A stretch of DNA of 64,000 bases from Candidatus Moraniibacteriota bacterium (GTDB taxonomy: Bacteria > Patescibacteriota > Minisyncoccia > Moranbacterales > UBA2206): positions 8,160 to 72,159 of the forward strand of contig DMWY01000018.1 in the NCBI GenBank assembly GCA_003483065.1, written 5' to 3'. Made by a program: the position numbers and the translations under genes. This document shows positions 1 through 10,267 of the stretch, piece after piece (positions within the stretch are counted from its first letter, which is position 1; every line of letters begins with the position of its first letter). The notes below the pieces were generated by a model. The model was not told where the DNA came from. It saw only the letters and a program-made list of their open reading frames with translations, and did no database searches.

Positions 1-799
1 AACATTTCACAATATCTTCAGGGGTTCCCACCCCCAAAGCAAAACGCAAAGCATTTTCTGGGATAAATTTGGCAGTTTCTCGCACCACCTCTTCCATAAA
101 ATTTCCCTGCGAATCAATATGTCTCGCGCCAAAACCATAGCCATCGAAACCTATTTTCACTAACTCCTGCGTGCAATGCTTTCGCAGATCTAAATATTCC
201 CCACCCTGAATAACCCCAAAAATCAAAGGTCTATCCGCCTCAGATATTTTTCTTTTTTCAATTTGTCTTTCATATTCATCTTTGCACCTCTTTGCCCAAC
301 TAATTGTTCGCTCAACTGCCATCGCAATTTTTTCGCGTGGATAATCATTAGGTGGCGGATCATCCAAGCAAACCATCATATCCACCCCTAAATCAAATTG
401 AATTTGAATGGCAATTTCCGGTGTCAAAATATGTTTTGAACCATCAGTGGGCGAACGAAAAATAACTTCATTGTCAGTAATTTTTCCCAGTTTTGGATTT
501 TTATGAATCAAAGAAAAAACCTGATAACCACCAGAATCGGATAACAAGGGTTTTGGCCAATTCATAAAATTATGCGCGTCACCAGCTTGTTTTATAATTT
601 CCATCCCAGGATTTAAAAATAGGTGATAAGTATTAATGAGAATCGCTTCCAGCCCAATTTCTTCTAAGATTTCATTGTCAATTGAACGCACAAATCCGCG
701 CGTCGCGTCAGGCATAAAAAACGGAGTGTTCACTTCTCCGTTTTTGAGTCTAATTTTCCCCACTCGACTATTTTGCCTTTTCGAAATTATCTCAAACAT
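1..799 (-). CDS. tgt: Queuine tRNA-ribosyltransferase (tRNA-guanine transglycosylase), C-terminally truncated by window edge
   Basis: Reverse-strand translation from ATG at 799..797 gives MFEIISKRQNSRVGKIRLKNGEVNTPFFMPDATRG...LLSDSGGYQVFSL...MVCLDD, the classic Tgt motifs. GGAG RBS upstream. The ORF runs off the window start, which is why it is absent from the ORF track. Confidence 0.9.
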   Translation of the reverse strand, partial: MFEIISKRQNSRVGKIRLKNGEVNTPFFMPDATRGFVRSIDNEILEEIGLEAILINTYHLFLNPGMEIIKQAGDAHNFMNWPKPLLSDSGGYQVFSLIHKNPKLGKITDNEVIFRSPTDGSKHILTPEIAIQIQFDLGVDMMVCLDDPPPNDYPREKIAMAVERTISWAKRCKDEYERQIEKRKISEADRPLIFGVIQGGEYLDLRKHCTQELVKIGFDGYGFGARHIDSQGNFMEEVVRETAKFIPENALRFALGVGTPEDIVKC

Positions 800-965
800 A
801 CTCCATTTTTTTATCTCTCTTAAGAGACTGTTTTGTTAAAGTATAAAAACTCCTGTTTGAAAATGTGATTTTTCTCTAAAAATTTTCTTATCCGCCGTCG
901 ATTGAGGAAAATTTTTAGCCAGAAAAATCACATTTGAGTTAGTTTTTATATTTTAGCAAACGGTC

Positions 966-2864
966 TCAACCTTCTACCCTATTCCCTCCCACAATCGAAC
1001 TATCTTCTGTGAGATTAGTATTTTTTGCCTCATATTCTCCCTTGATATCCTCTCCAGTGAAAAGATCCTTGGCAAATATATTTGTTTTTTCCAAAAGCCC
1101 GACTTCTCTGCCAACTTGATCCGGCGATGGAGTTATCTTTACCTGAAAAGCCACCTCGGGCGAAGGCAAAAGAAGCCCGGTGCCTGATTTCATATTTCCA
1201 ATTGTCCAAACCATTTCATTAGTTCTAGAATTATAATTCAAATTTGCACCCTCTGGAAAAATTTTTCCAGTCATCTGCGCATTAGTCGGGAGAGTCGCGA
1301 CAACCTTAGCGCCAGAAACATCATTAGAAATATTCAATGCTTTCCAATGAATTGTATAGGTTGTCTCTTGGCCAACTTTTGGTGGAATTGGACCAAAATT
1401 TGGAATGCTCTTGTCAGCATAATATCCCTTGACACTCACCGCCACCTTTGAGTTAACTTTCATATTAATCTCATTGCTGGAAATTATTTTGTTCATAGAA
1501 ATTGGCGTTGGCACATCCGGACTGTCAATTTTCGCCACACTATGAATGATAAAATTTTTGTCTTTTTCTTCTCCTACTGGAAAAGTATTGGAAACTTTAA
1601 CAGTAAAATTCAACATCCCGCTTTGATTAGCGCCCAAATTGACCAACTCGGATATATCCGAAGCTTTCCAAGTAATTATCTTTTTATTTATGTCAAAACT
1701 TCCATTTTTCAATCTTAGCGATGAATAATCCAGTAGCGCGCTATCTATTTCTTCAGTAATGATAACGTCGCGGAGCCCCACATTACCATTGTTTTTATAG
1801 GCAATTTCAAATTCCAAAGTATCGCCCGCATTCACAACAAGATTATCTTTTTTATTCACTCTTTGCGCTATTGTCAACGGAGAAAAAATCATTTTCGTCT
1901 CCGCGCTTTCACTGTTGTATGCCACAAATTCATTTTGATTAGACACTCCAATCTCAGCCGAAACCGTTTTGATATTATCTCTCTCACCTTCCAACTTTCC
2001 GCTTACGACTATTTTTCCACTTTGCCCGGCTGAAAGATTCCCAATGTCCCAAGTGTTATTATCAGTGGAGGTTTTCGGACTAGCCGAAGAAAAAGTGAAT
2101 TGATCCGGATATTTTATTTTTATCACCAAACCATCTATTGTTTCCCCACCATCATTTCGATAATTTATCTGGTAGTCCACCGCGTCGCCACTTGAAGCAT
2201 TTTGTGGAGCCAATACTTCCAAAGTAATCGGGGCAGAATTAACCGTCACACCTAATTGATAATTAGCCTGAAATTGGCTAGAATAGCCGGCCGGATTATA
2301 TGACATTGAAGCCTTGAGATAGATGAGAGCTCCTTTTGGACTATAGGCTTTTCCGTTTAAAACAATTTTTCCTTGAGTTTTGCCTTTGATTGTTCCAATG
2401 TTGAAACTTCCGGAAGTTAGATTGTCAGACTTGAAATTTGGATTATTTTCCGGCTTGAAATTTTCCGGATAATTTATTTTTATAACTGCATTGTTTATAG
2501 TCAGCCGATTGTCATTTTTATAATTTATTTCATAAGTCAAAAGTTTTCCACTGTTTACTTGCATTGGGCCGGAAATTTCAATTGTAGCATTGCCCGATTG
2601 AAAAAGCATTTGCCGAACTAGCATAAACACCGCCATCAAAATAATTATCCCAATGACAATTGCACCAGCAATCACGCCTTTTTTGATAGCCTTTTTTTCA
2701 GCCTTATCCAATCCGGTTTTTTTTGCCCACAAATCACTCTCGCCTTTTTTCATTTCTCCTGTGTCCTTGGCAAGCGACGGATCATACTTACTAATCTCAT
2801 GATCCGACAAATTCTCCGGCGCATCTTTTTTGTATAAATTATTCTTAATATCTTGAAGTGACAT
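966..2864 (-). CDS. Membrane-anchored cell-surface repeat protein (DUF11/CARDB-like beta-sandwich repeats)
   Basis: 632 aa with an N-terminal TM helix (IAGAIVIGIIILMAVFML). Three or more roughly 110-aa repeats carry recurring motifs (YEINYKNDNRLTINNAVIKINYPENF / VDYQINYRNDGGETIDGLVIKIKYPDQF / LEFEIAYKNNGNVGLRDVIITEEID). Confidence 0.6.
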   Translation of the reverse strand: MSLQDIKNNLYKKDAPENLSDHEISKYDPSLAKDTGEMKKGESDLWAKKTGLDKAEKKAIKKGVIAGAIVIGIIILMAVFMLVRQMLFQSGNATIEISGPMQVNSGKLLTYEINYKNDNRLTINNAVIKINYPENFKPENNPNFKSDNLTSGSFNIGTIKGKTQGKIVLNGKAYSPKGALIYLKASMSYNPAGYSSQFQANYQLGVTVNSAPITLEVLAPQNASSGDAVDYQINYRNDGGETIDGLVIKIKYPDQFTFSSASPKTSTDNNTWDIGNLSAGQSGKIVVSGKLEGERDNIKTVSAEIGVSNQNEFVAYNSESAETKMIFSPLTIAQRVNKKDNLVVNAGDTLEFEIAYKNNGNVGLRDVIITEEIDSALLDYSSLRLKNGSFDINKKIITWKASDISELVNLGANQSGMLNFTVKVSNTFPVGEEKDKNFIIHSVAKIDSPDVPTPISMNKIISSNEINMKVNSKVAVSVKGYYADKSIPNFGPIPPKVGQETTYTIHWKALNISNDVSGAKVVATLPTNAQMTGKIFPEGANLNYNSRTNEMVWTIGNMKSGTGLLLPSPEVAFQVKITPSPDQVGREVGLLEKTNIFAKDLFTGEDIKGEYEAKNTNLTEDSSIVGGNRVEG

Positions 2865-2990
2865 AGATTTATCTTTATTTTTTATACTACTATAATACTA
2901 GATTTCTTGATTTTTAACAATACAATCCTCATCTCTCTAAAGTTGAACTTTTTTGCATTTTATATTTTACATTTTAATTTCAGCCTTGCG

Positions 2991-3187
2991 ACGGCGACGA
3001 TAAAAATTGAAGTTTACGAACGTTAAGAATTTACTCATTCTGTGCCTAAAGGGAGTTAGTAAATTTAGTGAGTAAACTGAAAATTTTTCGTCGTAGGAGC
3101 TCGGCTGAGAGTTCTTTTTGTTACTTTTTCTTGCGGAAAGAAAAAGTAAGGCTAAGTTTTTTAGAAAAAGAAAAATGGCGAGGAGCC
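2991..3187 (+). repeat. Structured intergenic repeat family R200, copy 1 (divergent left arm)
   Basis: Shares the conserved core cgttaagaatttactcat...ttagtaaatttag and the second hairpin ttgttactttttcttgcggaaagaaaaagtaag...ggcgaggag with the copies at 27377 and 37232. Its outer arms (cgacgataaaaattgaagttt / aaactgaaaatttttcgtcg) differ in sequence but remain complementary to each other. Confidence 0.7.
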
Positions 3188-3921
3188 TAATTCGTTATCC
3201 ACCTCACCGCTTCTCGCACAATAATTTTCAAATTATTCAAATTATTCAAATTCTTTTTTTCCAATTTTATCTTGCCAAGATTTTCCATTTTATTTTCCAG
3301 CACAATCCGAATGAATTTCACCCCTTCATCATTTATTCTGATTTTTTTTGTCTCTTGTTTGGCACAGTTTGAACAAATTATTCCGCCCCTCTCCGCACTG
3401 AAATAATTTTCTCCAGAAATTAGTTTGCCGGCGCAAACAGCACATTTTTTGGCCTCTTGTTTGTAGCCTAAATTTTGCAATAATTTAAAGATAAAACCAA
3501 GAGTATAAATATCAAATTTCAAAATATCCTTTTCGGCTTTGCCAGCCTCATCATTCATCATCAATAGATATTCCAATAAAAGTTGGAAAGTTTTTTCATC
3601 CTTTTCTTCCTGCGTCATCAAACGATTGAAAATTTTCATCACACCAAAAACTTTCTCCAGTGCAAAAATATTTTCTTTGATTGCCAAAAAATTTTCCATC
3701 GGGATTACGCCCGTGATATTACCTCTCCCCTTGCCCTTAGCCAAAAAAATTTCACACTGCGTTATAGATTCCAAATTGCCCGCCAATTTTGCATTGGGCT
3801 TTTTGACCCCAATTGCCCGCGCCAAAATCCGCCCGGCTTCTCGAGTGTAAACCACATAAACACGGTCAGTTTCGCCCGTGTCAATCTTATTTAGCACAAT
3901 CGCATTATATTTATATTCCAT
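3187..3921 (-). CDS. recO: DNA repair protein RecO
   Basis: N-terminal OB-fold region (MEYKYNAIVLNKIDTGETDRVYVVYTRE) and C-terminal zinc finger (CAVCAGK...GIICSNC). The ORF track starts 4 codons upstream at an ATG that lies inside the TIR of the adjacent MITE-like repeat. The MEYK start fits RecO N-termini better. Confidence 0.8.
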   Translation of the reverse strand: MEYKYNAIVLNKIDTGETDRVYVVYTREAGRILARAIGVKKPNAKLAGNLESITQCEIFLAKGKGRGNITGVIPMENFLAIKENIFALEKVFGVMKIFNRLMTQEEKDEKTFQLLLEYLLMMNDEAGKAEKDILKFDIYTLGFIFKLLQNLGYKQEAKKCAVCAGKLISGENYFSAERGGIICSNCAKQETKKIRINDEGVKFIRIVLENKMENLGKIKLEKKNLNNLNNLKIIVREAVRWITN

Positions 3922-3927
3922 ATTCCT

Positions 3928-4006
3928 TGTCATCCTGAACTTGTTTCAGGATCTCTAATATTAGCTACATCAGGTGCTGAAACCCGCCGGCCAGCGAGGT
4001 AAATTC
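3928..4006. repeat. MITE-like palindromic element, TGTCAT...ATGACA family 2, copy 1
   Basis: tgtcatcctgaacttgtttcaggatct...gctgaaacccgccggccagcgaggtaaattcagtatgaca. It has 12-bp imperfect terminal inverted repeats. A GC-rich mini-palindrome sits in the second hairpin loop. The copy at 29231 has the same outer sequence. Confidence 0.7.
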
Positions 4007-4059
4007 AGTATGACACGTTTTATCATAAGCTTCTATATCCCTATTCTACTATCTTTCCC

Positions 4060-4130
4060 TAAAAACAAAAAGGCGCCCGTCGCAATGAATCTGCAACGAG
4101 ACGCCTCTTCTGAATTTTTCAGAAAACGGG
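4060..4130 (-). terminator. Putative rho-independent terminator after receiver-like gene
   Basis: Minus strand reads aggcgtctcgttgcagattcattgcgacgggcgcct followed by ttttgttttt. Confidence 0.4.
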
Positions 4131-4135
4131 ATTTT

Positions 4136-4492
4136 TTAAAGTAGCCTCCTAACTACTTCGGTGATTTCCCTTCCTCCAGCCGGCTTTGCCAAAAAAGCAT
4201 TAACACAAAAAATCATTGCCAGATTTTGCGCATTAACACTTCCGGAGTAAACAAAAATATTTGTTTGGGGTGATTTTCTCTGACAAAATCTTATAATATC
4301 TACTCCGCCTTTTTTGATTCCAACAATAATCAGGTCAGGCTTATAACTGATTATTCTTTGTCTCTGCTCGTCTCGATCATCTGAGACGATAATCTCACCC
4401 GCAAAACCAGCCGAAAGAATTTGTCTTCTGATTAAATCATTTGTGGCACTGTCTAAATATGCCACTAAAATTATCCCCGACTTTTCTTCCAT
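4136..4492 (-). CDS. Degenerate receiver (CheY-like) domain protein lacking the phospho-acceptor Asp
   Basis: 118 aa with the receiver fold pattern (..ILVAYLDS..PDLIIVGIKK..FLAKP) but Gly where the phosphorylatable Asp is expected. AGGGAG RBS. Confidence 0.5.
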   Translation of the reverse strand: MEEKSGIILVAYLDSATNDLIRRQILSAGFAGEIIVSDDRDEQRQRIISYKPDLIIVGIKKGGVDIIRFCQRKSPQTNIFVYSGSVNAQNLAMIFCVNAFLAKPAGGREITEVVRRLL

Positions 4493-4504
4493 TCTTTTTT
4501 CTCC

Positions 4505-4873
4505 CTATAGGGTTAAAATTAGATTTTCCACTGCTTCCCTGATAACTTCCAATGGAAACGGTTTCAATAAAAACACATCGTATCCAATGGAAAAATCTTC
4601 TTCTTTTTCTGAACCAGACATATAAATAACACCCATCTCCGACATAATCTCTTTTGCTTTTTTTATCAACCTTGCCCCATTCATTTCGGGCATTTGGCTA
4701 TCCGAAATCAGAAGATCGATTTTTTTGTCTTCCAATTTCATATTTTTTATGAAGTCTAAAGCAAAAAGTGGAAATGAGAAATCAAAAACTTCATATCCCA
4801 ATTCTCCTAGATATAAGGAGAGCGTAGTTAAAATTAAATCACTATCATCAACCACGACTATTGTTTTGACCAT
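4505..4873 (-). CDS. Stand-alone response regulator receiver domain protein
   Basis: VVVDDSD...LLISDSQMPEMNG...LLKPF gives the canonical DD / D / K receiver residues. Strong AAGGAGGGG RBS before MVKT. The ORF track has a longer alternative-start extension. Confidence 0.7.
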   Translation of the reverse strand: MVKTIVVVDDSDLILTTLSLYLGELGYEVFDFSFPLFALDFIKNMKLEDKKIDLLISDSQMPEMNGARLIKKAKEIMSEMGVIYMSGSEKEEDFSIGYDVFLLKPFPLEVIREAVENLILTL

Positions 4874-5033
4874 ATCTCCCCTCCTTATATATTCAAGAAA
4901 GTATTTATTCAATTTTTAAGATTAACTAAAAGCCTACCGTTTTAGGCTTCCCCACATTCAAGCATATTTTGAATTTTTAGTCAAACAAAAACCCCGTTTT
5001 GGCGGAGTTTTTGTCTTATTTGAGCCTAAATTG

Positions 5034-8000
5034 CTATTTAATTTCTGCTCTTTGAGTAGCTTTTTTCCTAGTAAAATAGAAAATAGCATATAGCACCACA
5101 CCTCCAATTATCGCTGTCCAAGGAAGCCATTTGTAAAGTCGACATACTTCATAGAAGTACCAGACAAACAAAATCACAGCCAATTCTATCACTTGAGACA
5201 CCCAAGGCAAATTCTTTCCTTCTTTGAACTTGTTGAAAGTAGAAAAACTAAATATTCCTGCATATGCGAGTAGCATTAGAATCCAAACCCACAAAGGCCA
5301 TTCTTTGCAATTCTTTTCCGCCCCAGCCACTTCTGGATTAGATTGAACGCCCTCGACTTGTCCACCCTGATTATTCTCTTCATTCGGAGTCGGTTGTGTT
5401 TCTTGCCCACCTCCCGTTGTCGCTGGAAGTGTTCCTCCTGTTACGATAGCCACATTTTCGTCTTCATCGCTTCCATTATCTTCATTTCGAGAATAATCAT
5501 TATCGTATTTGCATATAACATTTGAACCGGAAGCTAAATTGATAGTGACTTTCTTTTTACTTTTCACAAAAGTTGCTAAGTTCGTTGAATCACTACAACG
5601 AATTTTGTCAAAAGACCAGTGGTCACTATTCAAGGATCCTTCTGTGACTGAATATGTGCCAGGGACCAAAAATTCACTTGTCCATGCATCATCCTGCCCC
5701 AACTTAAATGTGCCAGCGAAACTTGAGGAGAAAGGAAACTTTCTGCTGGTGTCATGATCAACTCTCTTAATGATTGTGATTTTTCCTAATTGCTGATTGC
5801 CGAAATTATATTCCGGTCCACTCACATAATTTTGCGATTCCTGGAATTCATAAGAATTTCCATCAGGAAGATTTATCGTGTAGCAATTCGATTCACTCGG
5901 GAAAGTTTGTCTCCAACCATCTTTTTGCGTCTCACAAACCTTGTATTCTCCTGGCAATAATTTTTCAAACCAATACCAACCAAAATGTTGATCGCTACCA
6001 TCCGTATTCATTGTTTTCATTGGCTCACTGTTATATCCCTCTCCATTTGACTGATAGAGATTAATAGTCCAGCCAGAAAGCAAGGACTCTGTTTCATCTT
6101 TTACCCCATCTCCATCCGCATCGCTCCATTTATATCCATGAATTGTGCTTAGTTTGGTATTGGTAATAGTACATTCTTTGGTTTCACCAGCTTCCACACT
6201 CACATCTGCGCAAGTATTCTCGGTCTGTTGCCAATTATTTGGAAGATTCTTTTCTAAAACAGAATATGTTCCCGGTGTCACTTCATAATCTGCTGATTTG
6301 GCAGTTAAAATCGATTGATTTGAATCAGAAATAACAGTGCCTTTTTCAGTACTAATAGAAGTATCAAAAGATGTTTCGTCATTAGCTGGATTGGTTATCT
6401 TATTAACAATCAAATGTCCGTTTCTATTATTAGTAATTGTACAAACAATATCTTCGTCCTTATTCACTGTGATTCCAGAAAGACTTGTCCCAGCTCCTGA
6501 AGCTATAATTTCATCACCATTTTTACATTCAATTGAAGATGAGTAATCTGAAAGATCAGTTGGTATCCAAACAAGATGATGGTTTATCCATTCAAAATGA
6601 CCCGCGGCGGTTTCTGAAACACTATGCGTTCCAGTTTTCACTGTTTTTTTCCAAGTTGAATCACCATCACTTGCAAGCAATCTTTCAATGTCTCCGTCAA
6701 TTTTCAAATTAAATCTGCCTTCGTCATCAGATGGATTGAGATTTTTCACAACCTTGATCGTTCCAGTGTTTCTGGTGTTTTGAATTGTGCAAGTGACGTC
6801 CTCATCCTCTCCAACATTGATTCCAGAAAGACTTGTTCCTTGTCCTGAAGAAACTTCCACTGTTTCATAATGACAATGACCATAGTGGCAATAGTCAATT
6901 TCTTGACGAGTGCATCTTATCGAAGATGTATAATCTGCCAAATCTGTTGCGCCATAACCTTCTTCCGAAACGCTATGTGCTCCAGTTATCACTGTTTGTG
7001 TTCCTGTTGTGCCATTGTCGCCTTTATTAGTTCCTTTGACAGTTTCATCAATCAGCAAATTAAATCGTCCCGAATCAAAACTCAAATTTGAATGTAAATC
7101 TTTGACAACTTTTATAGTTCCCGTTGCCAATTCAACTTTAATATTAAATGATTTATTTGAAGTATTCCCAGCAGAATCACTCGCACTGCAAGTTACTACA
7201 GTTGTTCCGATTGGAAAAATTGAACCGGATACTGGAATACAATTCACTTCAATATCTCCATCCACTGCATCATTTGCTGTTGGATTTACATATGTGACAA
7301 TCTTTCCACTAGGATCAGTGGTTTTGGTGTTTATATTTGCAGGCATTCCGGAAATAACTGGAGGAGTTGTGTCTTGAACTGTCACAGTGAATGAACCGCT
7401 GGCTATATTTCCCGCCGTGTCAGTCGCACTACAAGCAACAGTGGTTGTTCCAATTGGAAAAGTTGAACCGGAAACTGGGTTGCAAGTCACGACAGGATGA
7501 GCAGGATTAGCATCATCAGCAATAGCAACAAAAGAAACCATAGCTCCGCTTGAATTTGTCGCTTCAGTGGTAATATTGGCTGGTAAATTTAGAGTCGGAG
7601 AAGTTGTGTCAGAATAATCATAAGCAATTTTTATTTGCACATTATCAACATAAGCTGTTTGATGACCAACAGGAGATCTTCTAACAGATAAAACGACACC
7701 AAAATCAGCATCATTCACTTGCTCTGGTGTCCAAGTTGTTCCCCATAGATTAGTTTCTCCTCCGTAGATTGCAACAGCATCCGTTGCTGGCCAATATTCA
7801 CCACGAAAATAATTAGATCCCACCACTGCTCCAGTATTGTCTACAAGCCTAACTAAATGATCTTGAACTGCGTTTGAAGAAGAAGCTTTTCGCTCTATTG
7901 AAACTTGGATTCCCGTGATAGTTGCTCCGGCTGGTACAGAAAAACCAAAATCAGAAACCTTGAGATAGTTGGAAACATGCCCAGAGCTTGTAAGATTGGC

Positions 8001-8945
8001 ATAAGCATATTGATTATCAGAGGTCTTGGCTTTATCTGGGTTCCTCCATTTAAAATCATTACCAACCCAACTATTAATTGATTCATCTGGATTCATTTCT
8101 ACATAAAATATCGTAAAATGATCCAAGCTTACTGAAACTTTTTTGTCTTCAATTTTTATGTCATCTTCAGAAACTGTTTTTGCATCTTCTAGCTCTGATT
8201 CTTTTTCCGCATATTTAATTTGCACATTATCTTGACCTTTTGGTTTTGGAAGAGTCAAATCATACTCAAAAGTTCCGTCTTCCATATCAGAAGTAATATC
8301 ATAAGCTTTGTTGGAAAGCGCATTAAGACTCGCTACTTGTTCATCTGTTAATTTTATTTCTTCAATCGAAAGTTTTCCAGAATTTTCTGGCAATTTTGTG
8401 AAAGTGACCGTCACGTGATCATTTTGTGGAGCAACATATTTTTCATTGAGTTTTACATCTTCGGTGGTTGTTTCTTTGTCACCATCCCTTGACCAAATGT
8501 CTTTTTCCGATTCCTCATCTTTTGCATCCCCATTGGAACCTCCTTCTGTTGAATTTTCCTTCTCTGGCGCAACAATTGATGCCGCCTCAGGAGTGATTTG
8601 TCCTTCGCCTGTGATTTCAATGTTTTCTGTGTTTTCCGCTTCTTCTTTCACTTCTTGAATAAGTTCTTCTTTATCCTCATCTACAATTTCCTCCTTTAAA
8701 TCATCTTTTATTTCTTCTTTAACTTTAGTGTCCTTTTTTTCTTCCTTTTCCTTCTCTTCCTCTGAAGAAGAATCATCTTTTGATGAAATAGACTCTTCTG
8801 CGCTAGGCGAAGAGGCATTATCCTCGGCAATTGCCACCATTATTCCCCCTGGTTGAAAAAATACCAATGAAAAAATGGTAAACACATAAAGTGCTTTTTG
8901 CGCCCATTTTTTCAAACTTTTTTTGACTTTTCTTATAGTCTTCAT
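5034..8945 (-). CDS. Giant secreted/cell-surface protein with HYR (hyalin-repeat) Ig-like domains and a C-terminal multi-TM anchor
   Basis: 1303 aa. N-terminal signal/TM segment, acidic Ser/Glu-rich linker, two HYR-like units (PVVTCNPVSGSTFPIGTTTVACSATDTAGN / VNCIPVSGSIFPIGTTVVTCSASDSAGN), repeated TGTIKVVK blocks and three C-terminal TM helices. Confidence 0.7.
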   Translation of the reverse strand: MKTIRKVKKSLKKWAQKALYVFTIFSLVFFQPGGIMVAIAEDNASSPSAEESISSKDDSSSEEEKEKEEKKDTKVKEEIKDDLKEEIVDEDKEELIQEVKEEAENTENIEITGEGQITPEAASIVAPEKENSTEGGSNGDAKDEESEKDIWSRDGDKETTTEDVKLNEKYVAPQNDHVTVTFTKLPENSGKLSIEEIKLTDEQVASLNALSNKAYDITSDMEDGTFEYDLTLPKPKGQDNVQIKYAEKESELEDAKTVSEDDIKIEDKKVSVSLDHFTIFYVEMNPDESINSWVGNDFKWRNPDKAKTSDNQYAYANLTSSGHVSNYLKVSDFGFSVPAGATITGIQVSIERKASSSNAVQDHLVRLVDNTGAVVGSNYFRGEYWPATDAVAIYGGETNLWGTTWTPEQVNDADFGVVLSVRRSPVGHQTAYVDNVQIKIAYDYSDTTSPTLNLPANITTEATNSSGAMVSFVAIADDANPAHPVVTCNPVSGSTFPIGTTTVACSATDTAGNIASGSFTVTVQDTTPPVISGMPANINTKTTDPSGKIVTYVNPTANDAVDGDIEVNCIPVSGSIFPIGTTVVTCSASDSAGNTSNKSFNIKVELATGTIKVVKDLHSNLSFDSGRFNLLIDETVKGTNKGDNGTTGTQTVITGAHSVSEEGYGATDLADYTSSIRCTRQEIDYCHYGHCHYETVEVSSGQGTSLSGINVGEDEDVTCTIQNTRNTGTIKVVKNLNPSDDEGRFNLKIDGDIERLLASDGDSTWKKTVKTGTHSVSETAAGHFEWINHHLVWIPTDLSDYSSSIECKNGDEIIASGAGTSLSGITVNKDEDIVCTITNNRNGHLIVNKITNPANDETSFDTSISTEKGTVISDSNQSILTAKSADYEVTPGTYSVLEKNLPNNWQQTENTCADVSVEAGETKECTITNTKLSTIHGYKWSDADGDGVKDETESLLSGWTINLYQSNGEGYNSEPMKTMNTDGSDQHFGWYWFEKLLPGEYKVCETQKDGWRQTFPSESNCYTINLPDGNSYEFQESQNYVSGPEYNFGNQQLGKITIIKRVDHDTSRKFPFSSSFAGTFKLGQDDAWTSEFLVPGTYSVTEGSLNSDHWSFDKIRCSDSTNLATFVKSKKKVTINLASGSNVICKYDNDYSRNEDNGSDEDENVAIVTGGTLPATTGGGQETQPTPNEENNQGGQVEGVQSNPEVAGAEKNCKEWPLWVWILMLLAYAGIFSFSTFNKFKEGKNLPWVSQVIELAVILFVWYFYEVCRLYKWLPWTAIIGGVVLYAIFYFTRKKATQRAEIK

Positions 8946-9192
8946 AGATTTAATTTAGATAATTACCTTATTAAAAAAACAAAAAACAACCAAAACTGAC
9001 TGCCCCTAAAAAGGCAACAAGCTTTAGTTGTTCTTCCACAGCTAAAATTCTTCTGCTAGTTGTGCTCATTTCACCCGTATTTAAAACACTTTAACAGATT
9101 TAATCTACTACAGATATCAGATTTTGTCCAGCGTTTTGCCACTATTGACAAAAATAAAATATATGCCTTAATGTTTTTCCAAAAGTCAAAAA

Positions 9193-9216
9193 AACCACCC
9201 AAGCGGTGGAATTTTT
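9193..9216. terminator. Bidirectional hairpin terminator
   Basis: aaaaaaaccacccaagcggtggaattttttg: a GC stem flanked by an A-run and a T-run. Confidence 0.5.
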
Positions 9217-9443
9217 TGTTTTTGTTTTTATCTCTCGATATAACGAGATAAGGCAAGGAATCTAGCCTTTCTTTTTTTTAGGCTTGTTCGGCCTATTACT
9301 TGTTTATTAAATTCTTTCTATATTTACCCTATGGAATAATATTATATAAAACTCCAATCATATTTTAAAATTAAAGATAACCTATGGTCTTAAGAATATT
9401 CTAAGTCCGTATTCCATAGGGTGAAAATTCTATTTTTTCTTGT

Positions 9444-10256
9444 TTAAACTTGTTGGACATTTTTCTTCATTCCGTGAGCCATATATATTTTGTCGCAAGC
9501 TACTGCCAAAAAAGAAATTGGGAGAAGGGCAATTGATCCAAGGAAAAGTAATGCCGAAGCTACTGACAAAACATTCGATACATTCGGCCAAACTTTTTCG
9601 GGATTAATTTTGACAGTGTTTTTGTTTTCTGGGATTGTTTTAGTTAGCGTTTCTTCTTTTATCGCTAAAACTTGTGGCAGAATTCCTGCTCCCCTCTCGA
9701 GCAAATCAGAACTTTTTTGCATTATGAAATTTTCGCCATCTTTTGAAGCCATAAGCGCTCCCGCTCTAGTTCCAAATTCTTGCACTGTGATAAGTGACAT
9801 TTCACCATCTATCTCTCCTGCGCCAAACGCTACACCAATTTCTTTGTAATCAGGATTCAAAATATTTTTTCGGTGCGTCGGGCTTTTCATCCAAGCTGAT
9901 TGTTGCTCTTCGGCGCTGGTATAATTGATGGCTAAATTTTCACCGGCGAATTGATAGTCGTAGTTCTCGCGTGCAAACCAGTGCCATGGAGTTTTTCCAC
10001 TTGGTGAAGTATGCGCGAAATAACTATTCTTGATCATATCATTGAGTTTGTCATTAGCCACCCTGGAAAGTGCTTCGTTTTGACTAAGTGGTGCCAAGCC
10101 TTCTTTCTCTCGAGCGATGTTTACCAGTTGGATAACTTTTCCAGGATTTATTTCACTCGCCATTATCGGCACAGCAAAAATAAAGAACATAATTGCAATT
10201 GCAACCACCTCCACAAAACATTCTTCTATTAATTTGATTTTTAATCTCTTAATCAT
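9444..10256 (-). CDS. CAP/SCP/PR-1 domain protein, membrane-anchored
   Basis: YFAHTSPSGKTPWHW...GENLA...WMKSPTHRKNIL...YKEIGVA, with an N-terminal TM helix and C-terminal hydrophobic segments. Confidence 0.7.
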   Translation of the reverse strand: MIKRLKIKLIEECFVEVVAIAIMFFIFAVPIMASEINPGKVIQLVNIAREKEGLAPLSQNEALSRVANDKLNDMIKNSYFAHTSPSGKTPWHWFARENYDYQFAGENLAINYTSAEEQQSAWMKSPTHRKNILNPDYKEIGVAFGAGEIDGEMSLITVQEFGTRAGALMASKDGENFIMQKSSDLLERGAGILPQVLAIKEETLTKTIPENKNTVKINPEKVWPNVSNVLSVASALLFLGSIALLPISFLAVACDKIYMAHGMKKNVQQV

Positions 10257-10267
10257 CTTTTTGTTTT

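Noticed and set aside
636-839. 67-aa plus-strand ORF at the window start
   Set aside because: Lies antisense inside the clearly coding tgt gene. The ORF-track artefact arises because tgt runs off the window and has no stop.
3118-3372. 84-aa plus-strand ORF
   Set aside because: Overlaps the R200 structured repeat and the recO 3' end on the opposite strand. Low-complexity translation (KFFRKRK...). More likely non-coding.
5343-8658. Multiple 60-120-aa ORFs on the plus strand (for example 5343..5525, 6337..6546, 7009..7377, 8446..8658)
   Set aside because: All are antisense to the 1303-aa surface-protein gene, Ser/Cys/Phe-rich as expected for antisense frames of an acidic protein, with no RBS.
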